A DNA stretch of 64,000 nt. Source: Octopus sinensis (Eukaryota). The translations under genes and the position numbers were made by a program. The notes under the pieces are model-generated. The model was not told the DNA's origin, searched no databases, and was given only the letters and a program-made list of their open reading frames with translations. This document shows positions 44,239 through 59,500 of the stretch, one piece after another; position 1 is the first letter of the stretch; each line of letters opens with the position of its first letter. Where the stretch lies: positions 12,524,001 through 12,588,000 of the forward strand of contig NC_043021.1 in NCBI RefSeq assembly GCF_006345805.1, in the 5' to 3' direction.

Positions 44239-47200
44239 AGCACTATGCTATTTCCTTTTCATATAAACAGTGTTGTATTACAATAGCCTAAGTTTGTGTG
44301 TACATCTCTCGTAATACGACAGCATTAGGCTAGCCAAGAGGATCACATACACTTCTCGTGTGGCCTTTTCTTTTTAGACATTAGGACGTGATTTGAGGGA
44401 AGTTTTAACTGTTATTTCTAGCATTCCCTTTAAACCACTTTAACCTCTTATCTCCCTTAGGTGGTGTACAAGTTCCCATTTAACGAAGCCCTGCTAAGGC
44501 TTTTTTCTAGTCTGGTCGTATTAGGCTTAGCATATGCTGATGTGTGTACTTCTTATAAAGGCAGTCTTCATATAGTCTGCCTTTTTTTTTTCTTTTCTAT
44601 TTTTTCCTTTTGTTATTTTCTTTTTCTAAGCAGGCTGACATATTTTTACTGCTCACGAATTTCCTCATTGTAGAGGGAAATATTTTTGAAAACAAAAAAA
44701 TGAAAATCTAACCTCAAGGTGTGTCATTTCTTTTTTCTATTTTTTTTATCTGTGTACATGCAATATAAAATTTCATTAATCTCTGAGCTAAATCACACAC
44801 ACAAACAAACAAACCAGGAACAAAAATGATTTCTATAATTTTAGATTCCTTTTTTTATAACAAACAGGCTGACTACTTTCTGTCTATATATATATATATA
44901 TACATATACTCTTTGTTTCAGTCATTAGACTGTGGCCATGCTGGGGCACCACTTAAAAGAATTTTTAGTTGAAGTAAGGCCTTGTCCTTATTCTAGCAAT
45001 CTTTCTTGCCACACTTGAGTTATGGGGATGTAAACATACCAACACCAGTTGTCAAGCTGTGGGGGGAGGAGGACAAACAGACACACACACACACACAAAC
45101 AGGCATCTTTTGGTTTCCTTCTACCAAATTCACTCACAAGGCTTTGGTCAACCCAAGGTTATAGTAGAAGCCACTTGCCCCCCCAGGTACCAGTGTGACC
45201 AAACTTGGAACCATGGAGTTGGGAAGCACACTTCTTCCCTTCCCACACAGGCTTTTAGGCACATTTAAAAAGAAATATATGTAATCATGTGTGGTTGTAT
45301 GTTTCTGAGAGAGAAAGTGTGCATATGTGTATTCTTTTGCCAGTTTCAGCCCAAAACTGCAGCACTGCTATTATGTGTGTAATGGAACCCTTATAACTAG
45401 TCAAGTCAGGGATGTCTCTGGTCTTAGGAACTGTCACTTAAGCATCCCAGCATTGGGACTGTGCTGTGTAGCTGGGCAAGACACTTTATCTCTGGAAAGT
45501 CTGATTTTTCCTAGCTGTGAATAAGGAGAGGTACAGCCCATCTACAGAGAACAGTGACTTTGACATCAAGGGCATATCATTTCTTGGTCTTTGATGAGGT
45601 AAATGTGGGATTGGGTGAACTGCCCCTTCCGTGGAAACGACCAGCTCTTAAGCAGAAGCCCAATGGTCCAACATTTATAAGTAAGCATATCAGGATATTT
45701 TGCTTTTTTTAAAATAGATTTGTTGGTGTATTTGTTGCTAGGTGCAGGCATGGCTATGGTTAAGAAACGCGTTTTGTAACCACGAGGTTTTGGGTTCAGT
45801 CCCACAGCATGGCACCTTCAGCAAGTGTCTTCTACTATAAAGCCTTTTGCTGGCTGATGTCTTGTGAGTGAATTTGGTAGAAGAAAACTGGAAGCTTATA
45901 GTGTGTGTGTCCCATCACATCTTGCCAATTGGTGTTGGTTTGTTAACATCCCTGTAACTTAGCAGTTTGGCAAAAGCAATCGATAGAATAAAGTACCAGG
46001 CTTAAAAATCAAAACTGGGGTCCTGGAGTCACTTTGCTTAAAACCCATCGAGACAGTGCCCCAGTATGGCCGGAGTCCAACGACTGAAGTGAAGCGTAGG
46101 TGGGAAGTAATTAATGTAGGCCCTCACCCCCTTTTTTTACCACGCATATACACACACACACATTCACAAACACCTTGTGATAAGTGTAGACAAATTTGGA
46201 ATATTTTTAATTATTTTATGCATGTCTTTTTGACATGATGCATCTCTCCCTCCTCCTACCCCCCCCCCGTTCACAAACTTGTTTCGGGGGAGTTTTTACT
46301 CTTTCAAAATATTTTTCTCTCATTTTACTTCTCACTGTTCCCACCACCATTCTCTCTCTCTCTGTCTCTTACAAAAAAAAAAAGAAAAAATCCCTTTTCT
46401 CCTCTCTTTCTACATCTTAACTGACATTAGATCCCTCTTCCACCAAGAAGTCTACTTCTAATCCTTAATAATATAGGTTCACATTTTTGGCCTGGTCAAC
46501 AAGGAGGGGGGGTTGCATTGGAACTGACCAGGAGACCTCAGCAGTTTTCTATCCCTTTCTATCGTTGCTATTATTTATTGACCAATTTGGTACAGTGGCG
46601 GTGAACAATAAAAGTACCTTGTAGTGTACTGGTCCCAACCATCCCGCCTCTTCATTGTTGTTTTTCTTTTTCCCCGTTTAATTTACGTCATGACTTCAAA
46701 TCCACCATCACCGAGTTCGGTTTTACTTGTCATCCATCCTTCCTCCACAAATGAGTTCGAAGAGGGGATGGGGAAATGGGGGGGGGCAGGGAGCTCGATA
46801 AAATAAAGTACGCCAGTGGAGTACTGGGAATCGATGTCGTCGGCTTCAAACCCCTACCATCCCCCTCCACCAAACGTCCATAATTTGCGGCGCTGTTTGC
46901 GCCAAAGTAAGACATCATTATTTATTGAAAGATAAATTCTCCTCACCCCCATTCCACCCTAAAAAAAATAAATTAAAATCTAAAAACAGAAACAAAAAAA
47001 AAATCAAAACAGAACAAACAACAGCTGATCTTTCCCCCGACCCTCGCACCCCACTTTAGAACATTTGCATTTGTACAATGATTTTCTTGGCCTTAAAATT
47101 AACACATCCTTTTGAAATTTATTTCCCCCCACCCCTTGTCCTTCTTTTGATTGAGGTTGAAGTGTTTTTTTTTTTTTTGTCTTGTGAACCTGATTCTATC

Positions 47201-47664
47201 TCTCTCACCCCCACCCTCACCCCCCCAATCTCTGGTTTGCAGTCGAGCTGCCTTTCAGCAGAATTTGCAAAAGAGAGAACTAAATACAGCTAAAATAATA
47301 ATGAGAAAAAAAAAATTTTTTTTTAATTCTTCACCTCTTGTTCTTGCAATGAATAAAACAGAATTCCTGCTCTTTCGTGTTTTTGCTGTTGTCATTTATT
47401 TTTTTTATTCTTTTACTTGTTTCAGTCATTTAGCTTTGGCCATGCTGGGGCACTGCCTGGAAGAGCTTTAGTCGAACAAAATGATCCCCAGGACTTATTT
47501 TTAAAACTGGTATTTATCCTATCAGTCTTTTTTCAACAAACTGCTAAGCTATGGGGACGTAAACACACCGCCTTTAGTCGAGCAAATCGACGCCAGGACT
47601 TATTCTTTGCCGAACCACTAAGTTACAGGGACGCAAACACACCGAAGTGATGTTGGGGGAACAA

Positions 47665-50600
47665 ACACAAACATACATATACACATACATATACATACAT
47701 ACATATACATACACACATATACATACACACATATACACACGTATACATGTACATACACACACACGTATACATACACACATATACATATACACACATATAC
47801 ATATACACACATATACATACACACATATACATACACACATATACATATACACACATATACATACACACATATACATATACACACATATACATATACACAC
47901 ATATATACATATACACACATATACATATACATATAGATATGTACTTACTTACATACATACATACATACACGCGTATACATACATACACACACACACACAT
48001 ACATACATGCGTATACATACATACATACATATACACATGCATACACACACATATACATACACACACACACATATACATACACACACATATATATACATGC
48101 ACACATACTCTCATACGTATACATACATACGTATTCATACATACATACTCTCATACGTATACATATATACACGTACATATACATACATACGTACACATAT
48201 ACATAAACATATATATACATACATACACATATATACACACATATATATACATGCACATACATACATACACACATACATATACATACACATACATACATAC
48301 ACACATACGTATACATACATACACACACACTACATACTCATACGTATATATACATACACACACATACAAACGTATACATACATACACACATACGTATACA
48401 TATATACATACACACACATACGTATATATACATACACACGTACATATACATACATACGTACACATACATAAACACACATACATATATACACATATACATA
48501 TACATACACACATATATATACATGCACACACATACATACACATACATACGTATACATACATACACATACATACATACACACACAATTACACATACATACG
48601 TACACACACACATACATATACACACACACACATACATACTTATACACACACACACACATACATACTTATACACACACACTTACATACATAAACACATATA
48701 TACACATACATACATGCACATACGTATATATACATACACACACATACATACACACATACGTATATATACGTACGTACATACGTATACATACGTACGTACA
48801 TACATACGTACACATACACGCACACATACATACATACATACATACGTACACACACGCACATATACATATACACATACTTACATACATACATACGTATACA
48901 TATACACATACATACACACACATATACATACATACACACATACATACATACACACACATACATACATACATACACAATTACACATACATACGTACACACA
49001 CATATACACACACACACACATACATACTTATACACACACACTTACATACATAAACACATATATACATGCACACACATATACATATATACACACACACTTA
49101 CATACATAAACACATATATACATGCACACACATATACATATATACACACACACACATACGTATATATACATACACATACGTATATATACATACACACACA
49201 CACACATGTAAATATACATACGTACACACACATACATACACACGTACGTACACATACATACGTATATATACGTACACATACATACATACGTACAGATACA
49301 TACATACGTACACATACATACATACATACACACGCACATATACATAAACACATATACATACATACACACATACATATACTTACATACACACATACATACG
49401 TATACATACACATACATACACACACAATACACATACATATACACACACACACATTACACATACATACTTATACACACACACATACATACATAAACACATA
49501 TAATACATGCACACACATATACATATATACACACACACTTACATACATAAACACATATATACATGCACACACATATACATATATACACACACACACATAC
49601 GTATATATACATACACATACGTATATATACATACACACACACACACATGTAAATATACATACGTACACACACATACATACACACGTATATATACGTACAT
49701 ACATACGTATATATACGTACATACATACGTATATATACGTACATACATACGTATATATACGTACATACATACGTACGTACACATACATACATACGTATAT
49801 ATACGTACATACATACGTACGTACACATACATACGTATATATACGTACACATACATACATACGTACAGATACATACATACGTACACATACATACATACAT
49901 ACACACGCACATATACATAAACACATATACATACATACACACATACGTATACATATACACATACATACATACGTATACATACACATACATACACACACAA
50001 TTACACATACATATACACACACACACAATTACACATACATACTTATACACACACACATACATACATAAACACATATAACATGCACACACACATATACATA
50101 TACACACACACACATACGTATATATACATACACATACGTATATATACATACACACACACACATGTAAATATACATACGTACACCACACATACATACACAC
50201 GTATATATACGTACATACATACGTATATATACGTACATACATACGTATATATACGTACATACATACGTACGTACACATACATACATACGTATATATACGT
50301 ACATACATACGTATATATACGTACATACATACGTACGTACACATACATACGTATATACGTACATACATACGTATATATACGTACATACATACGTACGTAC
50401 ACATACATACATACGTATATATACGTACATACATACGTACGTACACATACATACGTATATATACGTACACATACATACATACGTACAGATACATACATAC
50501 GTACACATACATACATACATACACACGCACATATACATAAACACATATACATACATACACACATACATATACTTACATACACACATACATACGTATACAT

Positions 50601-52212
50601 ACACATACATACACACACAATTACACATACATATACACACACACACAATTACACATACATACTTATACACACACACATACATACATAAACACATATATAC
50701 ATGCACACACATATACATATATACACACACACACATACGTATATATACATACACATACGTATATATACATACACACACACACATGTAAATATACATACGT
50801 ACACACACATACATACACACGTATATATACGTACATACATACGTATATATACGTACATACATACGTATATATACGTACATACATACGTACGTACACATAC
50901 ATACATACGTATATATACGTACATACATACGTATATATACGTACATACATACGTACGTACACATACATACGTATATATACGTACACATACATAGATACGT
51001 ACAGATACATACATACGTACACATACATACATACATACACACGCACATATACATAAACACATATACATACATACACACATACATATACTTACATACACAC
51101 ATACATACGTATACATACACATACATACACACACAATTACACATACATATACACACACACACAATTACACATACATACTTATACACACACACATACATAC
51201 ATAAACACATATACATGCACACACATATACATATATACACATACATACACACACATACGTATATATACATACACATACGTATATATACATACGTATACAC
51301 ACATACGTATATATACGTACATACATACGTATACACACATACGTATATATACGTACATACATACGTACGTACACACACACATACATACGTACACATACAC
51401 ACATACATACACACACGCACATATACATAAACACATACATACATACATACATATACTTACATACACACATACGTATACATATACACATACATACACACAC
51501 TATATACGTATATATACATACACACATACGTATACATACATACGTACACACACACACATACATAAACACATATATACATACAAACACATACAAACATAAA
51601 CACATATATACATGCACACACATATACATACATACATACACATATGTATACATACATACACACATATACATACATACACATACTTAAACACATATATACA
51701 TGCACACACATATACATACACATATATACGTATATATACATACACACGTACACATACATACATATACATACATACTCATACACACACATACATACGTATA
51801 TATACATACACACACACACACACATTCGTATACATACATACACACACATACGTATATATACATACACACGTACACATACATACATACACACATATACATA
51901 CATACATACACACATATACATATATACATACACACATACGCATACATACATATACACACTACATACATACATACATACGTATACATATATACACACACAC
52001 ATACATACATACGTATACACACACATACGTATACATATATTCGTATACATACATACGTATACATACACACACACATACACACATATACACATACGTGTAT
52101 ATATACGTATACATACATACACACACGTACACATATACATACATACACACACGTACACATGTACATACATACACACATATGTATACATACACACACACAT
52201 ACATATACACAC
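47665..52212. repeat. 4.5-kb compound AC/AT/TACG microsatellite with higher-order repeats
   Basis: Marker ACAGAT at 49292, 49865, 50485 and 51001; TGTAAAT at about 49207, 49648, 50163 and 50784. Confidence 0.93.
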
Positions 52213-52357
52213 GGTGGGCTTCTTTCAGTTTCCGTCTACCAAATCCACTCACAAGGCTTTGGTCGGCCTGAAGCTATAGTAGAAAACACTTGCCCAAGGT
52301 GCCATGCAGTGGGAATGAACTCAGAACCATGTGCTTGGGAAGCAAGCTACTGACCAG

Positions 52358-53165
52358 ATCTAATTTCTCGTGCCTACCCTACAATGTCATTCTAAAATTA
52401 TGCAAACACACCATTGAAATCTTAAAGCTACAAGATAATGCACGAGTAATTCAAAACAAGGTGAATAAATGTGAATAAATAAGAATTACATTAGACAGTA
52501 ATGGTGAATGTTGAAGGGCTTAAAAAGGCCATATCTGGCCTCTCTCACCTTACAGTGTCATTCTAAAATAAACAATCGCATCATTGAAATCGCGAAGCTA
52601 CATTGTGAATAAATAAGCATTACATTTGACAGAGTAATTGGAAGGGTTTAACTGGCTGTATCTGGCCTCGCACACCTACCCTACAATGTCCAGAGATAAA
52701 CAATCACATCATTGAAATCTCGAAGCTACAAAATAATGCATGAGTAATTCAAAATGTGAACAAATAGGAATTACATTTGACAGAGTAATCTGAACATTGA
52801 AGGGTTTAACTGGCCATATCTTTACTGCCCACAATGGGTTACACACAGAGGGGACAAACAAGGACATCAAAGGGATTAAGTCGATTACATCAACTCCAGT
52901 ACGCAACTGGTACTTAATTTATCAACCCCGAAAGGATGAAAGGCAAAGTCGACCTTGGCAGAATTTGAACTCAGAACGTAGTGGCAGACGAAATACTGCT
53001 AAGGAATTTGCTTGGCATGCCAGCTTGCCGCCTTTAATTGGCTATATCTGGCCTCTCACACCTACCCTACAATGTCCAGAGATAGGTAATTCAAAACAAT
53101 GTGTAAAATGTGTAAAATAAGCATTACTTTCGACTGAATAAGCTGAATGCTGAAGGGATAAATTA
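52358..53165. repeat. Tandem about 150-bp units ending GAAGGG(T)TTAA, interrupted by a SINE
   Basis: Recurrent ATCTGGCCTC..ACCCTACAATGTC..CATTGAAATC..GAAGCTAC..TTACATTTGACAGAGTAAT. Confidence 0.8.
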
Positions 53166-53181
53166 AATTACAGTCAGTACT

Positions 53182-53187
53182 TTTATT
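53182..53187 (-). terminator. Candidate WDR76 polyadenylation signal AATAAA
   Basis: About 170 nt downstream of the stop on the minus strand. Confidence 0.35.
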
Positions 53188-53358
53188 ACTTAAGGAGAAA
53201 TAAAAGTTTGAGAGAATGTTTCAGGTGGGTGTTCAAAAGAAAAGAAAGAGAAAAGGAAAAAAATGGTTGTGAAATACTGATCTAATCAGAAATGGTAATC
53301 TTTGCTGATGAAAATCCCTTTTTGTTCATTTTATATATATATATATATATATTTTTTT

Positions 53359-53508
53359 TTACTTGAAGACATGAAGTTTTCCACTGGCATTGGCGCCAAC
53401 AACAGCGTTTATCGTCGGATGAAATTCATTCAGAGACTGGACAGAGTTGATCAGTTCTGGATGATGAAGAACCATCATACATCTACCTTCATCGTTGATC
53501 AACTCAAC
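53359..53508 (-). CDS. WDR76: WDR76 terminal exon (VELINDEG...GANASGKLHVFK*)
   Basis: 49 codons plus TAA; TTCAATTTCAG acceptor. Confidence 0.95.
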   Translation of the reverse strand, partial: VELINDEGRCMMVLHHPELINSVQSLNEFHPTINAVVGANASGKLHVFK

Positions 53509-56500
53509 CTGAAATTGAAGGGGAAAAAATATATATATATTCCTTTACTAGACTCAGCTCAAGAGCTGAAGCTATGCTGGGGAATCATCATCATAATTTT
53601 TTTTTTCTATGCTGGCATGGGTTGGACGGTTTCACAGGGGCTGACTAGGCAGAAGACTGAACCAGTCTTTTTGGCAGGGTGTTTATGGCTGGATATCCTT
53701 CCAAATACTGACCACACCACAGAGTGGACTGAGGGCTTTTTATGAGGCACCACCATAGCTGTTATTTTTTTTTTTTACTAGAAGGTACAGGCATAGGAGT
53801 GGCTGTGTGGTACGTAGCTTGCTTACCAACCACATGTATGTATATGTGTGCATGCATGTATACGTGTGTGTGTGTACCCTTGTCTCAACTTCACATGGTT
53901 TAAATAATCCCTCGGTTTTAGGATTTCAATTCTGTTGTGGTGGGCAGGTCATCTTGAGTACAGTAATGTGCAACATACACACACACACACACACACACGA
54001 CAGGCTTCTATCAGTTTCTGTCTACCAGATCCACTTGCAAGGTTCTGATCAGCCTAGGTCTATAATAAAAGACATTTGCTCAAGGTGCCACACAGTGGGA
54101 CTGAACTCAAAGTTACATGATTAGCAAGCAAGATTCTTTACCACACAACCATTCTTGTGCCTAAGCATATTTGCATCTAAAACAAGTGCAAGGTACACAC
54201 ACAATGGCAGCATAGGCTATGCTATCAAACCAGAGCTCTCACGATTGCCAAGAGAAGCTCCTTACTTTCGACTATACACACACCATTATCATTTAACATC
54301 CGTTGTCCATGCTGGCATGGGTTGGACGGTTTGACTAGGCTGGCCTACTGGAAGGCTGCGCTGGGCTCTAATCTGATTTGGCATGGCTTTCTACAGCTGG
54401 ATGCCCTTCCTAACACCAACCACTCCAAGAGTGTAATGAGTGCCTTTATGTGCCAAAGCAAGAGATACCATAGCATTTCAAGTGATATTGTGTCCATTGA
54501 CATCGAGACTATTGCTATGAATGAAGCAAATATGTTAAATAAAAGGAGACTAATCTTACCTGTCTTGGTCGATTCATACTGCCACTTATGAACAGGTCCT
54601 CTCTGCATGGGTGCCAAGTTGCACGGAATTTGGTAAGCCACCGACCAGTCTGGTTGTTGTGGCTTTCAGTTTGAAAAAGACATTGAGAAAAGATATTTAG
54701 AATTATGTGCGAATGAATGAGTGAAAGAATTGTGTGTGTGTGCAAATATGATGGTAATTAAATTAAGAAATTTCAATTTATTTGTGATCTCAAATCGAAA
54801 TGGATGCTAATCCATCAGAAGGTAAATTTCCCAGGGTCATGCTGTTTCCCCCTCCCAGGCCCTAAGAGTAAAAGAGACTATTTCAACCAGTTATGGCTGA
54901 TTTGAATGCTAAAATGTTAAGACAGCTGTGGTAAGGGCATCAGTGATGGTGGTTTGGTGGCAGTGATGGTGGTGGTGGCGGTGGTGGTGATGATGAATAA
55001 CAACAAAAAAGTTATAACTTTATAATTTACCTAATGGAATAGAGACACGGAATGCTTGAAGATAATTTGCTGCTATCATATATTCTGAAAAAGAAAAAAA
55101 AAAATTATATACATAGGCGGAGGAGTAGCTGTGTGGGGTGCGTGTACATTGAAAAAAAAGCTGCCATGGACAAATAAGAGGGATCCAACAAGAATGAAAA
55201 CAAAATTCTAATGCACATTAAACACGATAAACATAAATAAAAGCATTTCGTTTTTGGATTTGGTTTGCAACACACATAGGAGTGGCTGTGTGGTAAGTAG
55301 CTTGCTTACCAACCACATGGTTCCGGGTTCAGTCCCACTGCATGGCACCTTGGGCAAGTGTTTTCTACAAATCCACTATAGCAAGTGGATTTGGTAGACG
55401 GAAACTGAAAGAAGCCCGGTGTATATATGTGTGTGTTTGTCGCCCCAACATCGCTTGACAACCGATGCCGGTGTGTTTATGTCCCCGTAACTTAGTGGTT
55501 CGGCAAAAAAGGCCAATAGAATAAGTACTAGGCTTACAAAGAATAAGTCCTGGGGTCGATTTGCTTGGCAAAAGGCGGTGCTCCAGCATGGCCACAGTCA
55601 TATACATGCACATGCAAACTCACACACATACATACATACATGTATAGGCACACTGACCCACGCACATGTGCGCAAACAAACAAAAGGGAACGCAGTGTAA
55701 ATAACGGACAGAGTCAAGACTATTGAAAAGGTTGCAAGACGCAACGAAAATTTTAGAAAATAAAAAATAAGAAATAAGTTGAAATTTTACCGGTGAGTGT
55801 GTTAAATTATAAGGCACTAAAAGAGAATGACTCTCCCCAGACACAACAGAATAAATAAAAGTGAGTTTTAAAAAGAAATGCATCTGATTTCACTAAAATC
55901 ATCATTAATTCTGGGACACCCTTTATTTACTCGTCTGCTTTAACTGCCTTCTACTATAGCCTTGGGCCGACCAAAGTCTTGTGAGTGGATTTGGTAGACG
56001 GAAACTGAAAGAAGCCTGTTCCATATATGTGTATATATATATATGTATGTGTGTGTATATGTTTGTGTGTCTGTGTTTGTCCCCCACCAACATCGCTTGA
56101 CAACTAATGCTGGTGTGTTTATGTCCCCGTAATTTAGCGGTTCGGCAAAAGAGACTGATAGAATAAGTACTAGGCTTACAAAGAATAAGTCCTGGGATTG
56201 ATTTGCTCGACTAAAGGCGGTGCTCCGGCATGGCCACAGTCAAATGACTGAAACAAGTAAAAGAGTAACTGATCCCCCAGTATATGTCAAACTGTCCAAC
56301 CCATGCCAGCATGGAAAGCAGATGCTAAATGATGATATAAATATATATGGCAAAAGAAACCAACAAAATAAGTACCAGACTTAAGAAAAAGTATTGGGGT
56401 AGATTTCTTTAACTAAAGCCCTTGAAGGCAAGTGCCCCAGCATGGCCACAGTCGAATGACTGAAATAGTTAAAAGGCAAGGAAAAAAAGAAAACCAGCAT

Positions 56501-59500
56501 CCAATAATCTAACCAAAGCAAGAAATTGTCAGTGAGAAGTAGTGGGTTTCATACCTGATTCTGTCGTCTTGTGCAGTGGAGAGGATGTATTTCCCTGTGA
56601 GCGGTGAGAAATAAGCACTGTCTACCATTAACAAAATAAGTACCAGACTTAAGAAAAAGTATTGGGGTAGATTTCTTTAACTAAAGCCCTTGAAGGCAAG
56701 TGCCCCAGCATGGCCACAGTCGAATGACTGAAATAGTTAAAAGGCAAGGAAAAAAAGAAAACCAGCATCCAATAATCTAACCAAAGCAAGAAATTGTCAG
56801 TGAGAAGTAGTGGGTTTCATACCTGATTCTGTCGTCTTGTGCAGTGGAGAGGATGTATTTCCCTGTGAGCGGTGAGAAATAAGCACTGTCTACCATTCTG
56901 GAGGCGGACATAGAACAGATCTTGTTTGGCTTCTTCTTGGTGGCTCTCAGGTCCCATAACGATACTGTACTGCAATGGTATGAAAACATTTTACATTTTT
57001 ATCGATTTATCTTGAGACAAAGAGAGTAATAAACACAAAAATTTCATGAACGACTCAATTTCATTCTGCTTTACAGCTGTTTCAATGATTCGAACACAAA
57101 CAATTTATACAACTACAACAGGGTGCTGAAAAGCTCCTAGCCCTGGGTAAAAGAAAATACAGGTGGATCGGGTTAATTATGATTTTATTCAACATATTGC
57201 TCTTGCAGATTCACACACTTATTGCAGTGGTCCTTCAGTTTTTCTAAGCCCGGTAAAACAACTTGCCTCCCAACCACATGGTTCTGGGTTCAGCACCACT
57301 GTGTGGCATCTTGGGCAAGTGTTTTCTATAGTAGAAAACACTTGGGCTGACCAACACAAAAATTTCATGAACGACTCAATTTCATTCTGCTTTACAGCTG
57401 TTTCAATGATTCGAATACAAACAATTTATATAACTACAACAGGGTGCTGAAAAGCTCCTAGCCCTGGGTAAAAATCGGTTAATTATGATTTTATTCAACA
57501 TATTGCTCTCTCAGATTCACACACTTACTGCAGTGGTCCTTCAGTTTTTCTAAGCCCTGTAAAAGAACTTGCCTCCCAACCACATGGTTTGGGTTCAGCA
57601 CCACTGTGTGGCACCTTGGGCAAGTGTCTTCTATAGTAGAAAACACTTGGGCTGACCAAAGCCTTGTGAGTGGATTTGGTAGACAGAAATTGAAAGAAGT
57701 CTGTTGTATGTGTGCGTGTGTGGGGGGGTATATATATGTATGTGTGTCCTCCACAACTGGTGTTGGTGTGTTTACATCTCCCATAAACTAGCCCTTCAGC
57801 AAAAGAGACCAACACACACATACATATAGACAATGGTCTTCTTTCAGTCTGTCTAGCAAATCCACTGACAAGGCTTTGGCTGGATCAGGACTATAGTAGA
57901 AGACACACGTCCAAGGTGCCACGCAGTGGGATTGAACCCAGAGCCATGTGGTTGGGAAATTAACTTCTTACCACACAGTCATGCCTGCACCTGTGATGAT
58001 AATAATTCTTTCTACTATAGCAGCAAGGCCTGAAATTTTGAGAGAGGAGGCTAGTTGATTCCATTGGCCCCAGTGTTCAACCGGAACTTATTTCACTGAC
58101 CTCAAAAGGATGAAAGCAAAGCTGATCTTGATGGAATTTGATCTCAGAATGTGAAGCCAGAAGAAATGCCACCACTAAGCATTTTGTCCCATGTGTAAAC
58201 GATTCTGCCAGCTTACCACCTTAATAATGGTTTCAAATTTTGGCACAAGGCCAGCAATGTTGGGAGGGGGGTAAGTCAATTACATCAACCCCAGGGTTCA
58301 GCTGGTACTTATTTTTGTTGATCCTGAAAGGATGGGACGCAAAGGGAACCTCGGTGGAATTTGAACTCAGCACGTAAAAAGCACCCACTACACTCACGGA
58401 GTGGTTGGCTTTAGGAAGGGCATCCAGCTGTAGAAACACTGCCAGATCAGAATGGAGCCTGGCACAGCCTCTTGGCTTCCCAGACCCTGGTCGAACTGTC
58501 CAACCCATGCTAGCATGGAAAACGGATGTTAAACGATGATGATGATGAAGAATGTGAAGATGGATAAAACGATGCCAAGCATTTTGCCCGGCATGTTAGT
58601 GATTCTGTCAGCTCCATGCTGTCTCACAGCAATAATAATAAGAGACCATGCTGAGCCTCATGGGGGCAAGGGACGGGGTGGCAAAGCATGATCTTCAAAA
58701 GTTGGGCCTCATGGAGGCAATGACAAGTGACCGAGGCCATGGCAATAAGCTATGCCTGAGAAGACCTGTCAAGCTAAGTGAACTCGTACCAGTGGCCAGT
58801 GTCATGTAACTGGTACCCATGCATGCCCACAACAAATAGAAAACACTCATTACACTCTGTAAAGTGGTTGGCGTTAGGGCGGGCATCCAGCTGTAGAAAC
58901 CATGCCAAATCAGACTGGAACCTGATGCAGCGCTCTGGTTTGTCAGTTCCAGTCAAACTGTCCAACCCATGCCAGCATGAAAAGCGGACAATAAATGACG
59001 ATGATGATGATGATAAATACTTACCAGTCTAGCCCCGCAGTAACAAAATATTCCTTTTTTAGAGGATGGATATCAACAGAACGAAGGCCCTTGTGGCTTG
59101 CTGTGAACAAATTTTCAGGTTTGCCACTGGAAAAAGAAATGAAAAGAAAAAAAATACAACATTTTTTTTTTATAAAAGGGACATTACGTGTAGTTATGGA
59201 CCCTGTTTCAATTGTTTGTCAGAGACATTACATGTAATTATGGACCCTACTTCAAGTGTTTACCAAGAACACAAGTAGCTATGGACATTTCAGCATGCAA
59301 CCTCTACATGGATCCTGTTTGAAGTGTTTGCCCAGGTGAATACATGTAGCTATGGGACTTCCACATGGACCCTATTTGAAGTGTTTGTCAGGGACACTAC
59401 GTGTAACTATGGACCCTTCAATTAGTAATCTGGTAGCCTTGTAAGAATTTAACTAGCTTCGATTATAAACTTTTCATGAGTTAAAACACTGTAAAAACTA

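Noticed and set aside
46890-46910. E2F-like TTTGGCGC (minus) in a CpG-rich patch
   Set aside because: A single short motif next to a SINE remnant, with no downstream exon found; insufficient to call a promoter.
47574-52353. Dozens of long ORFs (up to 471 aa) of Y/I/H/T or M/C/V/Y
   Set aside because: Translations of stop-poor AC/AT microsatellite; open in several frames on both strands with no domain content.
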